From: an uncultured Planctomycetales bacterium
GTDB lineage: Bacteria; Omnitrophota; Gorgyraeia; Gygaellales; Profunditerraquicolaceae
Reading direction: 5' to 3'
Assembly: GCA_964603585.1 (NCBI GenBank)
Contig: CAZRVK010000003.1
Location: forward strand, 195,693-259,692
Length of the DNA stretch: 64,000 nt
Positions 39,449 to 49,190 of this stretch are shown piece after piece. Under the pieces are notes generated by a model that was not told the DNA's origin, ran no database searches, and was given only the letters and a program-made list of their open reading frames with translations. The stretch's first letter is position 1. Each line of letters begins with the position of its first letter. A program made the position numbers and the translations under genes.

Positions 39449-40711
39449 ATGCAGAAAAAACTGGCGATTGTGGTCCTGGCAGCAGGAAAGAGTACCCGGA
39501 TGAAGTCAGAGGTACCTAAGGCATGCCATTTGTTGTGCCGTAGGCCAATGCTTAGCTATGTTTTAGACCTGGCAAGAAGTTTGCGTCCAGAACGCACTAT
39601 TGTTGTTACCGGATATAAGCGGCAGGAAGTAGAAGCGCTTATCCCCCGGGGGATAAAAACCGTTCAGCAGGATAAACTTTTAGGGACCGCGGATGCGGTG
39701 CGCCGGGCATTGCCGCAATTGGTTCGGTTCAACGGGACAGTACTTATCCTTTACGCGGATATACCTCTTTTAAAGAAAGAGACTCTCCAGAAACTTATCA
39801 AACATCACAGCCAAAACAATTTATCTGCTACGGTGCTTTCTGCAATTATGAAGAGGCCGACTGGTTATGGGCGGATTGTCAGGGATGAATATGAGAGTGT
39901 TTCCGGGATCATTGAAGATAAGGATGCCAATGACCTGCAAAAGGCGATCAAGGAGATAAATACCGGGATAATTTGTTTTGATAGCCGGAAGTTATCTTAT
40001 GCCTTGGCCCGGATTAAACCCAATAACCGGCAGAAAGAGTTCTATTTGACGGATGCCATCGGTATTTTATATAAAAATGGCGGATCGATCGATAGTGTCA
40101 GAGCAGAAAACGCGGATGAAGTCCTGGGGGTTAATTCTTGTGTAGAATTAGCTCAAGCTAATGCGGTGATGCAGGCGCGGATAAATGAAGAATTCATGAA
40201 AAAAGGGGTGAACATTGTTTCTCCGAAAGATACTTTCATTAGTTTTGGCACAAAAATCGGGCAAGATACCACTATTTATCCCTTTACAGTAATCGAAAAA
40301 GATGTTAAAATAGGCAAATATTGTTCAATAGGACCTTTTGCCCACCTTAGAGACGGTGCAGTAGTTGGGAATGGTGTCTGTGTGGGCAATTTTATTGAGA
40401 TTGTCCGCTCAAAAATCGGTGAAAAGACCTTTCTGAAACATTTTAGTTATATAGGTGATACCCGCATAGGTAAATCTGTCAATATCGGCGCCGGTACCGT
40501 TGTCGCTAATTTTGATGGAAAGGATAAACATACGACGACTATAAAGGATAATGCCTTTATTGGTTCGGATAGCGTTTTAATTTCTCCTGTAAAAATCGGC
40601 AGGTCCGCTAAAACCGGGGCAGGCTCGGTTGTATTGAAGGATACATCAGTTCCTGACTATGGAGTAGTAGTGGGTGTGCCGGCAAAACTTAAAGGTGTAA
40701 AAAATGGATAA
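39449..40711 (+). CDS. glmU: bifunctional GlcNAc-1-P uridyltransferase / GlcN-1-P acetyltransferase
   Basis: LAAGKSTRM nucleotidyltransferase motif with a C-terminal hexapeptide-repeat domain. ATG 39449 follows a GGTGAGGGAG RBS. The track ORF start (39392) would overlap the tRNA-Gln. Confidence 0.9.
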   Translation: MQKKLAIVVLAAGKSTRMKSEVPKACHLLCRRPMLSYVLDLARSLRPERTIVVTGYKRQEVEALIPRGIKTVQQDKLLGTADAVRRALPQLVRFNGTVLILYADIPLLKKETLQKLIKHHSQNNLSATVLSAIMKRPTGYGRIVRDEYESVSGIIEDKDANDLQKAIKEINTGIICFDSRKLSYALARIKPNNRQKEFYLTDAIGILYKNGGSIDSVRAENADEVLGVNSCVELAQANAVMQARINEEFMKKGVNIVSPKDTFISFGTKIGQDTTIYPFTVIEKDVKIGKYCSIGPFAHLRDGAVVGNGVCVGNFIEIVRSKIGEKTFLKHFSYIGDTRIGKSVNIGAGTVVANFDGKDKHTTTIKDNAFIGSDSVLISPVKIGRSAKTGAGSVVLKDTSVPDYGVVVGVPAKLKGVKNG

Positions 40712-41648
40712 ATTAGCGATTCTGACTGGTAATGCTAACCCGGAACTGGCGTTTAGTATCTGTAAGTATCTGAAAGTGAAATTATCAGATGCCATGGTGA
40801 CCAAGTTCAGTGAAGGTGAGATAAGGGTAAAGATAAATGAGAATGTCCGAGGCAAGGACGTATTTGTAGTGCAGTCTACCTGTCCGCCGTCCAATGATAA
40901 CCTGATGGAACTTTTGATCATGATCGATGCCTTAAAGAGGGCTTCTGCTAACCGGATCACTGCGGTGATGCCATTTTTTGGATATGCACGGCAGGACCGT
41001 AAGGATCAGCCTCGGGTACCCATTACTGCCAAATTAGTAGCTAATCTTTTGACTACTGCCGGAGCCAACCGTGTGTTGACTATGGATCTGCACGCCGGGC
41101 AAATACAGGGTTTTTTTGATATTCCGGTGGATCATCTTTTTGCCATTGGGGTGTTTATAGATTATTTTTCAAAGATGGATATTCCAAGCAAGGATCTGGT
41201 TATAGTGTCTCCGGATGTCGGCAGTATTAAAATGGCCCGGAGTTATGCAAAGAGGCTTTCTGCCGGCCTTGCGATCATCGACAAGAGGCGGGATTCTCCG
41301 GAAAAGACCGAGGTGATGCATATCCTGGGCGAGGTGGAGAACAAACACGCTATTATCGCCGATGACCTTATCTCTACAGGCAGTTCATTGATTGAAGCCG
41401 TGGATGCTTTAAAGAAGTTCGGCGCAAAGTCCATCCATGCGGCAATTACTCATGGGGTGCTTTCCGGCCCGGCAGTAGAGCGTTTGAACAAATGTAAGGA
41501 TTTAAAGGAACTCTTAATTACAGACAGTATCCCTTTAGACGAATCTAAGCAAAATCCACGGATAAAGGTTTTAAGTGTATCAAATCTTTTAGGCGAGGCG
41601 ATAAAGAGGATTCATCAGGAAGAGTCAGTGAGTTGTTTGTTTGATTAA
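40704..41648 (+). CDS. prs: ribose-phosphate pyrophosphokinase
   Basis: Classic Prs motifs (VVQSTCPPSNDNLMELLIMIDA, DLHA) and PRPP-binding loop. Confidence 0.93.
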   Translation: MDKLAILTGNANPELAFSICKYLKVKLSDAMVTKFSEGEIRVKINENVRGKDVFVVQSTCPPSNDNLMELLIMIDALKRASANRITAVMPFFGYARQDRKDQPRVPITAKLVANLLTTAGANRVLTMDLHAGQIQGFFDIPVDHLFAIGVFIDYFSKMDIPSKDLVIVSPDVGSIKMARSYAKRLSAGLAIIDKRRDSPEKTEVMHILGEVENKHAIIADDLISTGSSLIEAVDALKKFGAKSIHAAITHGVLSGPAVERLNKCKDLKELLITDSIPLDESKQNPRIKVLSVSNLLGEAIKRIHQEESVSCLFD

Positions 41649-41675
41649 ACGTTTGATCGAAAGGAAAAAAATAAA

Positions 41676-42353
41676 ATGGATGAAATATTCTTGGATGTAG
41701 AAATAAGAGAAGGTAAAGGCCGGGGTAAGGCAAATGATCTAAGGGATGAGGGTTTTGTACCCGCGGTGGTTTATGGCGAAGGTAAAGCCGCCCAGCCGGT
41801 CAAGGTGTCGCATAAACAGTTGTTTCAGCTGTTGCACCAGCATCGTCTGGAGAATGTGGTCATTAATTTAAGGTTTAAAGATGCTAAATCTAAAAAAGAC
41901 CGTCCCAGCCTTATCAAGGAGATCCAGTATCATCCGGTCAAAGGCGATATTATCCATGTTGATTTCAATGAGGTATCTTTGACAAAGGTTTTAAAGGTGA
42001 ATGTGCCGGTTGCCGCTAAAGGTGATGCTGCCGGGGTTAAACAGGATGGCGGGGTGCTTGAGCATATCCTTTGGGAGATTGAGGTGGAATGTTTGCCTAC
42101 AGATATCCCTAAATCAATTGAAGTTGATGTTTCAGCCTTAAAGATAGGGGATTCGATACATGTCAAGGATTTGGTTGTTCCTGCGAATATCAAGATCGTT
42201 ACTCCCGTGGATGCGCTTGTCTTAAGCGTGGCCGCTCCGATCCAGGAAGAGGTTGCACCTGTTGAAGGCGAAGAGGCAAAGCAGGAGCCCGAGGTAATCA
42301 AAGAGAAGAAAGAAGTTCCTGCTGAAGGCGCAGAGGAAAAAGATAAGAAATAA
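41676..42353 (+). CDS. rplY: 50S ribosomal protein L25 / general stress protein Ctc
   Basis: L25/Ctc fold with an acidic/lysine-rich C-terminal tail. 225 aa. Confidence 0.85.
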   Translation: MDEIFLDVEIREGKGRGKANDLRDEGFVPAVVYGEGKAAQPVKVSHKQLFQLLHQHRLENVVINLRFKDAKSKKDRPSLIKEIQYHPVKGDIIHVDFNEVSLTKVLKVNVPVAAKGDAAGVKQDGGVLEHILWEIEVECLPTDIPKSIEVDVSALKIGDSIHVKDLVVPANIKIVTPVDALVLSVAAPIQEEVAPVEGEEAKQEPEVIKEKKEVPAEGAEEKDKK

Positions 42354-42358
42354 TCTTT

Positions 42359-42943
42359 ATGAAACTTATTGTTGGTTTAGGTAATCCCGGACAGGCTTAT
42401 GCCGGCACAAGGCATAATGCTGGTTTTACCGTGGTAAAGTATTTAGCGAAAATTCATAAGGTTGAATTTAAGAGTGATCGCGGTACGCAGGCTTTAAGTG
42501 CCAAGGTGCGGATAAGCGGCGAAGGCGTTATTTTAGCGATGCCGTTGACTTTTATGAATTTATCCGGGGTAGCGGTCAAGCTTTTATTAACTAAATATAA
42601 AATAGATTTAGATGACCTTTTGGTGGTTTGTGATGATTTAGATCTTGACCTGGGCAGGTTAAAGATCAGGCCTTTTGGTTCAAGTGGAGGCCAAAGGGGT
42701 ATAAAGTCTATAATTGATTCTTTAGGAAGCGAAAATTTTGCGCGTTTGCGTATAGGTATTGGCAGGCCTCTTGGCCGGGACGCCACCAGCCATGTGCTGG
42801 GTAATTTTAATAAGGTGGAAAAAGAGGACATTAAAGAAGCCTTGGCTTCGGCAGTTGATTGTTGTCATCTTTGGGTGTCTGCCGGGACAGCCGAATGCAT
42901 GAATGGTTTTAATCAGAAGAATAACAAAGTAAAAACGGTTTAG
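42359..42943 (+). CDS. pth: peptidyl-tRNA hydrolase
   Basis: LIVGLGNPG...YAGTRHNAGF signature. Confidence 0.92.
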   Translation: MKLIVGLGNPGQAYAGTRHNAGFTVVKYLAKIHKVEFKSDRGTQALSAKVRISGEGVILAMPLTFMNLSGVAVKLLLTKYKIDLDDLLVVCDDLDLDLGRLKIRPFGSSGGQRGIKSIIDSLGSENFARLRIGIGRPLGRDATSHVLGNFNKVEKEDIKEALASAVDCCHLWVSAGTAECMNGFNQKNNKVKTV

Positions 42944-42967
42944 AAGACAAATGAAAGGATTTTAAAG

Positions 42968-43255
42968 ATGATGAATAAGTACGAAGCAATGGTTATTATT
43001 AAATCGGATCTCTCCGAAGATGATAAAAAAGCCATTTTAAGCCAAACCGGCGAGGTAATCAATAAGAATGGCGGGCATGTTTTAACTACTAATATCTGGG
43101 CAGAAAAGAAAAAACTTTATTTCAGTATTAAGAAACATGCTGAAGGCACATATGTCCTGGTGACCTTTGAAGCTGATCCCCAGGCGATTGTTAAGATCCG
43201 TCACGCGTATAATTTAAACGAGTTTATTCTGCGCGTCCTTATTACACGGTTATAA
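42968..43255 (+). CDS. rpsF: 30S ribosomal protein S6
   Basis: YEAMVII...SDLSEDD N-terminus. Part of an rpsF-ssb-rpsR-rplI cluster. Confidence 0.85.
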   Translation: MMNKYEAMVIIKSDLSEDDKKAILSQTGEVINKNGGHVLTTNIWAEKKKLYFSIKKHAEGTYVLVTFEADPQAIVKIRHAYNLNEFILRVLITRL

Positions 43256-43370
43256 TAAGCATTCCAGGGGGGCCCTGGGATATGTTCTCTGCACACAGTA
43301 TGAATTGATAAAAAAGGTTTTTGCGCGCATGGCGGGCAGCGGTTATTTCTAAGAATGAGGAGAAGAGCTA

Positions 43371-43802
43371 ATGGCAAGTTTGAATAAAGTATTTCTGATC
43401 GGTAATTTGACCCGTGACCCGGAACTGCGTTATACCCCTCAAGGGACAGCGGTGGCTAATGTTGGATTGGCAATCAGCCGTAAATTCCGCGATAAAAATC
43501 AGGAATGGAAAGAGGATGTTTGCTTTATTACTGTGGTTGTCTGGGATAAGCAGGCAGAGGCTTGTAACCAGTATTTACGCAAGGGAAGCCCTGTATTTGT
43601 CGAGGGAGGACTGCAGTTCCGTTCCTGGGAGGATAAGACCGGGCAAAAGCGCAATGTCATTGAGGTCCGTGCAGAAAGAGTGCAATTTTTGAATAAGGCT
43701 CCGGCTAAGGGTTCGGAACCAGAGCCGATCGAATCACAGGGCGTGTCAACTACGGAAAATTCATGGTTAGAAGAAAGCGAGGATAATTTAAATGAGAGAT
43801 AA
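43371..43802 (+). CDS. ssb: single-stranded DNA-binding protein
   Basis: MASLNKVFLIGNLTRDPELRYTPQG OB-fold start with an acidic C-terminal tail. Confidence 0.9.
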   Translation: MASLNKVFLIGNLTRDPELRYTPQGTAVANVGLAISRKFRDKNQEWKEDVCFITVVVWDKQAEACNQYLRKGSPVFVEGGLQFRSWEDKTGQKRNVIEVRAERVQFLNKAPAKGSEPEPIESQGVSTTENSWLEESEDNLNER

Positions 43803-44064
43803 ACCGGGATTAAGGAAGATAGATAAAACAAAGGAAAAAAAAGGCAAAGGTTTTCCGGTAAGGAAGCGTTTTTGCCGGCTTTGTGTGGAAAAAGTCAAGG
43901 CAATAGATTATAAAGATGTAAGAAGGCTGGAAACATTTATCAAAGAAAGAGGCAAGATCTCCTCGACCCGGGGGACTGGTAATTGTGCCCGGCACCAGAG
44001 GATGATAACAGAGGCGATTAAGCGCGCACGCTATATTTCTCTTTTGCCTTATGTCCGCGCATAA
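43792..44064 (+). CDS. rpsR: 30S ribosomal protein S18
   Basis: ISSTRGTGNCARHQRMITEAIKRARYISLLPY. Confidence 0.9.
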   Translation: MRDKPGLRKIDKTKEKKGKGFPVRKRFCRLCVEKVKAIDYKDVRRLETFIKERGKISSTRGTGNCARHQRMITEAIKRARYISLLPYVRA

Positions 44065-44079
44065 TTTTAGGAGGCACTA

Positions 44080-44523
44080 ATGGAAGTTATACTCATTAAA
44101 GATGTTGATAGAATAGGTGCTGCCGGGCAGTTGATAAAAGCTAAAGACGGTTTTGCCCGTAATTTCTTGATTCCTAATGGGCTGGCGGTGCCGGTAAATG
44201 CCGCTAACTTGAAGAAATTAGAGCAGGAAAAACAGCGTAAATCCCTGGAACTGGAAAAATCGCGTAAAGAAGCAGTTGTTTTGCAGGAAAAACTTGCGGC
44301 CTTGTCTTTAACTATCCCTGTGTTAACCCAGGAAGATGAAAAACTCTACGGCAGTATAACTGCTGTTGAGCTTTCCGCCGCTTTGAAAGAAGAAGGTATT
44401 GATATCGATAAGCATAAGATCCTGTTGGATACTCCGATCAGATCTTTGGGGATATTTGAAGTGCCGGTAAATCTTCATCCGGAGGTTAAAGCTAAGATCA
44501 AGGTTTGGATCGTCAAGAAATAA
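44080..44523 (+). CDS. rplI: 50S ribosomal protein L9
   Basis: MEVILIKDVDRIGAAGQLIKAKDGFARNFLIP. Confidence 0.9.
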   Translation: MEVILIKDVDRIGAAGQLIKAKDGFARNFLIPNGLAVPVNAANLKKLEQEKQRKSLELEKSRKEAVVLQEKLAALSLTIPVLTQEDEKLYGSITAVELSAALKEEGIDIDKHKILLDTPIRSLGIFEVPVNLHPEVKAKIKVWIVKK

Positions 44524-44567
44524 AACAGGTTTTTCCGTTTTAGGCCGGTGGCCTTAAAAAAAAATGG

Positions 44568-45917
44568 TTGCCGCATAATCTTATGTCAGAACTGACTCTC
44601 GATAAACTCCAACCTCAAAATCTGGAAGCCGAAATGGCAGTCCTTGGGTCTATGCTTATAGACGAAGAGGCGATTTCGGTAGCAATGGAGACGTTAGAGG
44701 AGAATTCTTTCTACAAGGATACTCACAAAAGGATCTTTGAGGCGATCCGGGACCTTTTCAACTCAAATAAAGCTGTTGACCTGATCACCCTTACCGATGA
44801 ATTAAAACGCAAGGCGATGCTTGAAGAGGTGGGAGGGATGACTTTCTTGACATCGCTTGCCAACTCTGTTCCTACCGCGGCCAATATCAGCCATTATGTC
44901 AGTATCGTAAAAGAAAAGAGTATTTTAAGGACGCTGATTAACAATGCTACGCGTATCGTTTCGCTTTGTTATGAAAGCGATGGCAAAATAGATGATGTCG
45001 TGGATCAGGCGGAACGGCTGGTATTTGAAGTAAGCGACCGCAAGCATCAAGGCAGTTATATACACCTTAAGGAGATCATCAAGGATAGTATTGAAACGAT
45101 TGACCGTCTTTATCAAAATAAAGCGCATGTAACCGGGATACCTACCGGTTATATCGATTTTGATCTAAAGACCGCAGGTTTACAGCCTTCCGATTTGATC
45201 ATTGTGGCCGGCAGGCCTTCTATGGGAAAAAGTGCTTTTGCTTTAGGAATGGCAGAGTATGCCGGAGTGATGGAGAAAGTGCCGGTAGCGGTATTCAGCC
45301 TGGAAATGTCTAAGGAACAACTGGTACAGAGGATGTTGTGTTCTCATGCGAAAGTTGATGCGCATAAGGTGCGTACAGGTTACCTTGCCACCTCTGATTG
45401 GCCCAGGCTTACTGCGGCAGCCGGGAAACTTTCCGAGTCACCGATCTTTATTGATGATACCCCTGCGATCTCGGTTATGGAGCTTCGGGCAAAGGCCCGG
45501 CGGTTGAAATCGCATCATGATATAAAGCTGATCATCCTTGATTATTTACAGTTAATGCGCGGGTCTATGGGGATTGAAAGCCGTCAACAGGAGATCTCGG
45601 AGATATCCCGGTCCTTAAAGGCATTGGCCCGTGAGTTAAGAGTGCCGGTGGTCGCCATCAGCCAGCTTTCCCGGGCAGTGGAGTCAAGGAATGATCATCG
45701 TCCGCAGTTGTCTGACCTTAGAGAGTCTGGGGCGATCGAGCAGGATGCCGATGTGGTAGTATTGATATTAAGGGAAGAATATTATAATCCTACTCCGGAT
45801 AATCAGGGGGTAGCAGAGATCATTATTGCCAAACAGCGTAATGGCCCGGTAGGCACCGTAAAAGCGGCTTTCCTGAAAGAATACACAAGGTTTGAGAATA
45901 TGGCTCGGGTGGAATAA
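44568..45917 (+). CDS. dnaB: replicative DNA helicase
   Basis: PQNLEAEMAVLGSMLID N-terminus with Walker A GRPSMGKSAF and DnaB motifs. No intein. Confidence 0.95.
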   Translation: MPHNLMSELTLDKLQPQNLEAEMAVLGSMLIDEEAISVAMETLEENSFYKDTHKRIFEAIRDLFNSNKAVDLITLTDELKRKAMLEEVGGMTFLTSLANSVPTAANISHYVSIVKEKSILRTLINNATRIVSLCYESDGKIDDVVDQAERLVFEVSDRKHQGSYIHLKEIIKDSIETIDRLYQNKAHVTGIPTGYIDFDLKTAGLQPSDLIIVAGRPSMGKSAFALGMAEYAGVMEKVPVAVFSLEMSKEQLVQRMLCSHAKVDAHKVRTGYLATSDWPRLTAAAGKLSESPIFIDDTPAISVMELRAKARRLKSHHDIKLIILDYLQLMRGSMGIESRQQEISEISRSLKALARELRVPVVAISQLSRAVESRNDHRPQLSDLRESGAIEQDADVVVLILREEYYNPTPDNQGVAEIIIAKQRNGPVGTVKAAFLKEYTRFENMARVE

Positions 45918-45949
45918 ATAGCAGTTTATTCTTAGCCAATGGAGGGAAT

Positions 45950-46780
45950 ATGTCGAAGAAAGCGTTGACTTTACTGGAGATCATGGTGGTAGTGGTAGTA
46001 GTAGGTATTATCGCAAGCCTGGGGGTTCCAGTCTATAATAATATCCAGGAAGAAGCTATGGCAAAGATAGATCGTACGAACCTTTTTGTCATAAAAAGCG
46101 CTTTGGATATTTATATGATGGAACATGACGGCCTTCCCGGTAATTTATCCCAGATCCCGCAAAAATATTTCGATAATGCCTATGCCGTTATTATGGATTC
46201 TACTGATGGCTGGAAGATAAGATTAGCGCAGTTTATACTGGATCAAACCGATAAAAAACTGGCATATGCCTTTGATTTTCCCAGGGATCATCACCGCGGC
46301 GGCCGGTCTCCGACGCAGCCGGGCAATCCTCCGGCAGCTCCTGTTTCTCCGCCAGCGACCACTCCGGGTGTTCCCCCGGCAGCTACCCCTGTTGTTGCAC
46401 CCCCTGCTCCGGGAGGAGTTCCGGCAGACCAGTTCTTAGCGGATGAAGTGGTAAAGGGTGATAAGACAGTGCTTACTGACCCGGCGCGAAAACATCAAAA
46501 TCCGGGCTCAACATTTGTTTCTTACGGCCTGAATGCCGGCTTAAGAGGGATCAGCAGAAAAGATTATTACGATGATACTTTGTATCCTCCTAATAGCATT
46601 ATCATTGCAAATTGCAATAGTTCTTTATTCAACGGCGCAAACTTTGCCTTTAGGCACAAAAGGCACAGGGCCTTTCAGTCCGCAGTATCTTATGCGCAAT
46701 ATATTACTAAAGATTCCATAGTGCATTCGATCGATACATTAGGGCGGATCAAGGATTACCCCAAGGCCTGGGGCAGGTGA
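45950..46780 (+). CDS. GspG-like (major pseudopilin-type) prepilin-domain protein with Pro-rich C-terminal extension
   Basis: KALTLLEIMVVVVVVGII class III signal-like helix with Ala, not Gly, at the -1 position. A GspG-like KSALDIYMMEHDGLPGNL motif. Pro/Ala/Thr-rich tract PTQPGNPPAAPVSPPATTPGVPPAATPVVAPPAPGGVP. Confidence 0.6.
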   Translation: MSKKALTLLEIMVVVVVVGIIASLGVPVYNNIQEEAMAKIDRTNLFVIKSALDIYMMEHDGLPGNLSQIPQKYFDNAYAVIMDSTDGWKIRLAQFILDQTDKKLAYAFDFPRDHHRGGRSPTQPGNPPAAPVSPPATTPGVPPAATPVVAPPAPGGVPADQFLADEVVKGDKTVLTDPARKHQNPGSTFVSYGLNAGLRGISRKDYYDDTLYPPNSIIIANCNSSLFNGANFAFRHKRHRAFQSAVSYAQYITKDSIVHSIDTLGRIKDYPKAWGR

Positions 46781-46817
46781 TATTTGCTCAAAGGGTATTA
46801 CTAAGCAAAAGCCTTAA

Positions 46818-49127
46818 TTGAAGAATATAAGAGAGCATATTAAGTTCGGTGTTTTGGCGGTTGGGGCTTTTTTTGCCGCATATTTGCTGTTATTATCTTT
46901 CCCGGCGTTTTCTTCTCATCTCAATGATTTTTCTTACCGTTACGTATATTCCTTTTCATCTAAAGCAAAGCATAAGCCTGCCCGGATAATTGGTATCGAG
47001 GTCGATAACTATTCCCTGGAGAAGATATCTCAACGGTATCCTTTTAAGAGAGAGGTTTATGCCCGCCTTTTGCATTTCCTAAACAGCCAGAAGGTCAATA
47101 CCGTGGGGTTTGATTTTATCTTTTCAGGGGAGTCGGAGGATACTGCCGATGATATCCTGTTCGAAGAGGCGCTGAAAACAAGTTCCTGCAGGGTGATCCT
47201 GGCATATCGCATTAACCCGGAGAATTACCTGCCCAGTTTACCTTTTGCGGCATTTAAGAAGGCAAGTTATGGATTGGGGTTAATAAATACGCCTGCAGAT
47301 CAAGATAACCTTATGCGGCGTGTGCGGGCATATGTGGAATTGCCTGACGGGGTGCATTACTCCTTTGCGGTTATGGTCTCTTCGGCATTCTTAAACAGGA
47401 ATGCACAGGAGTTGGTTAGTGAATTGCCTCTTTTGAAAGACAAGACCTTTTTGGTGAATTTTCTTATCAAGCCAAAGGATATCATTCGCGTTAGTATGTA
47501 TGATGTCCTGGAGAACCCGGAAAAGTTAAAGAAAACCCATGGTAATGGTTTCTGGAATGATTCTATTGTGGTGGTTTATCCTGCGGCCGAGATCCTTCAT
47601 GACAGCACGGCAACTCCCTTAGGGATCATCTCTGGAGGTATTTTGCATGTGAATGGCATAAATACGATCCTTATTCAAAGGCCGATACGGCAAGTAAATT
47701 ATCTGCTTTTGCCGTTTTTTGCCTTATCCTGCCTGGTTGTATTATACCTGTTAAGGCATTTGGAATTTATTTACGGCATGTTGTTTACTTTGGGGCTGGT
47801 TTTCCTCCAGTTTTGGTGTTTGGTCATCCTGCATCTTAAAGGGATGGTATTTGACTATTCTTTTCTGGTCATGTTTAATCTGGTGTTTTTTATAGCCGGC
47901 AGTTTTTATAAATACATTAGTTTTCTGGCCCAGTTCTTCCGGATCCGGATAAAGGCTACGATGGATCCGTTACGCAATGTTTTTACTTTGCGGTATTTTT
48001 ATTTCCGGATGGAGTTGGCCCTCAAGCAAATATATTTTTCTAAGAACCTGTTTCTGGTGTTCATTCGGCTGGATTCCTTTAAATTCGCTACCTCCGGCAT
48101 GGATTTAGACCGCCTCAAAATAGTCTGGGAAAGGATACACCAGGTAATAAATTTGCGGAATAGTTTCTGGTCCACTTATTCTTCCGAAGAGCTGATCGGT
48201 TGCCTGGTAAGTTCCCCGGATAAAATAAAAGCCCTGGTTGTGGCTTTAAGGAATAATTTAGGGTATGTTTTACAGGAGCAGTCAGTTAAGGCGGAGATCA
48301 AACTGGGTTTTTTACGTTTCCATAAGGCGTATCCGGTAAGAGAATTGCTTTTTGTTTTATCCGAAGAGATGAAAAAAAAGGGGGAGGAGCTGGTTAATTT
48401 CCGGGATGCGGATATGGAATATCTTTTACATTCCTCTTATCCTAAGGTTAAAGAAACAGATAAGATTTTGGAGAGCCTTGAAGAGGATATTGAGGAGAAG
48501 AACCGTCAGCTGTTGGTTTTAATCGAGAATTTGAATTTAGAGCATACTAAAACAAAAGAGGCATTTTTGGGGATCATCGCATCTTTAGCCAAAGCGCTTG
48601 AAGCACGCGACCCTTACACCGAAGGCCATTCGCAGAGAGTGACTAACTATGCCTTGCTCATGGCGGATAAACTGGGCTGGCAGGATGAATTAAAAGAAAA
48701 GCTTAATAGTGCGGCGCTTTTGCATGACCTGGGAAAAATCGGCATCCCAGACAGTATTTTGCATAAAAAAGGCATACTTACGGATGAGGAATATGACTTC
48801 ATCAAGAAGCATGAGGTGATCTCCATAAAAATACTTGAGCCGCTTAAGGAGATCAAAGATATTTTGCCATGGATTATGCACCATCATGAGAAATGGGATG
48901 GCTCGGGGTATCCGCACGGTTTGGGGGGCAACAGTATCCCCTTAGGCGCGCAAATTATAGCTTTAGCAGACACTTTTGACGCTATTACAACCGGGAGGGA
49001 TTATAAAAAGGCCCTTTCTGTAGAAGATGCCTTAAATGAAATCATCAAGTTCAAAGGTTCGCAGTTCAATCCCCAGCTGGTGGATATTTTTGTAGAGGCG
49101 ATGAGAGCAAACCATCCGCAAAAATAA
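46818..49127 (+). CDS. membrane sensor with periplasmic CHASE2-like domain and C-terminal HD-GYP phosphodiesterase domain
   Basis: C-terminus HDLGKIGIP ... HHEKWDGSGYPHGL (HD-GYP). N-terminal region is CHASE2-like and is followed by several TM helices. Confidence 0.7.
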   Translation: MKNIREHIKFGVLAVGAFFAAYLLLLSFPAFSSHLNDFSYRYVYSFSSKAKHKPARIIGIEVDNYSLEKISQRYPFKREVYARLLHFLNSQKVNTVGFDFIFSGESEDTADDILFEEALKTSSCRVILAYRINPENYLPSLPFAAFKKASYGLGLINTPADQDNLMRRVRAYVELPDGVHYSFAVMVSSAFLNRNAQELVSELPLLKDKTFLVNFLIKPKDIIRVSMYDVLENPEKLKKTHGNGFWNDSIVVVYPAAEILHDSTATPLGIISGGILHVNGINTILIQRPIRQVNYLLLPFFALSCLVVLYLLRHLEFIYGMLFTLGLVFLQFWCLVILHLKGMVFDYSFLVMFNLVFFIAGSFYKYISFLAQFFRIRIKATMDPLRNVFTLRYFYFRMELALKQIYFSKNLFLVFIRLDSFKFATSGMDLDRLKIVWERIHQVINLRNSFWSTYSSEELIGCLVSSPDKIKALVVALRNNLGYVLQEQSVKAEIKLGFLRFHKAYPVRELLFVLSEEMKKKGEELVNFRDADMEYLLHSSYPKVKETDKILESLEEDIEEKNRQLLVLIENLNLEHTKTKEAFLGIIASLAKALEARDPYTEGHSQRVTNYALLMADKLGWQDELKEKLNSAALLHDLGKIGIPDSILHKKGILTDEEYDFIKKHEVISIKILEPLKEIKDILPWIMHHHEKWDGSGYPHGLGGNSIPLGAQIIALADTFDAITTGRDYKKALSVEDALNEIIKFKGSQFNPQLVDIFVEAMRANHPQK

Positions 49128-49190
49128 TTTGCATTCCCAAGTGATTATGATATACTAAAACAATATTAATTTTATATAATTCTCGCAAAA

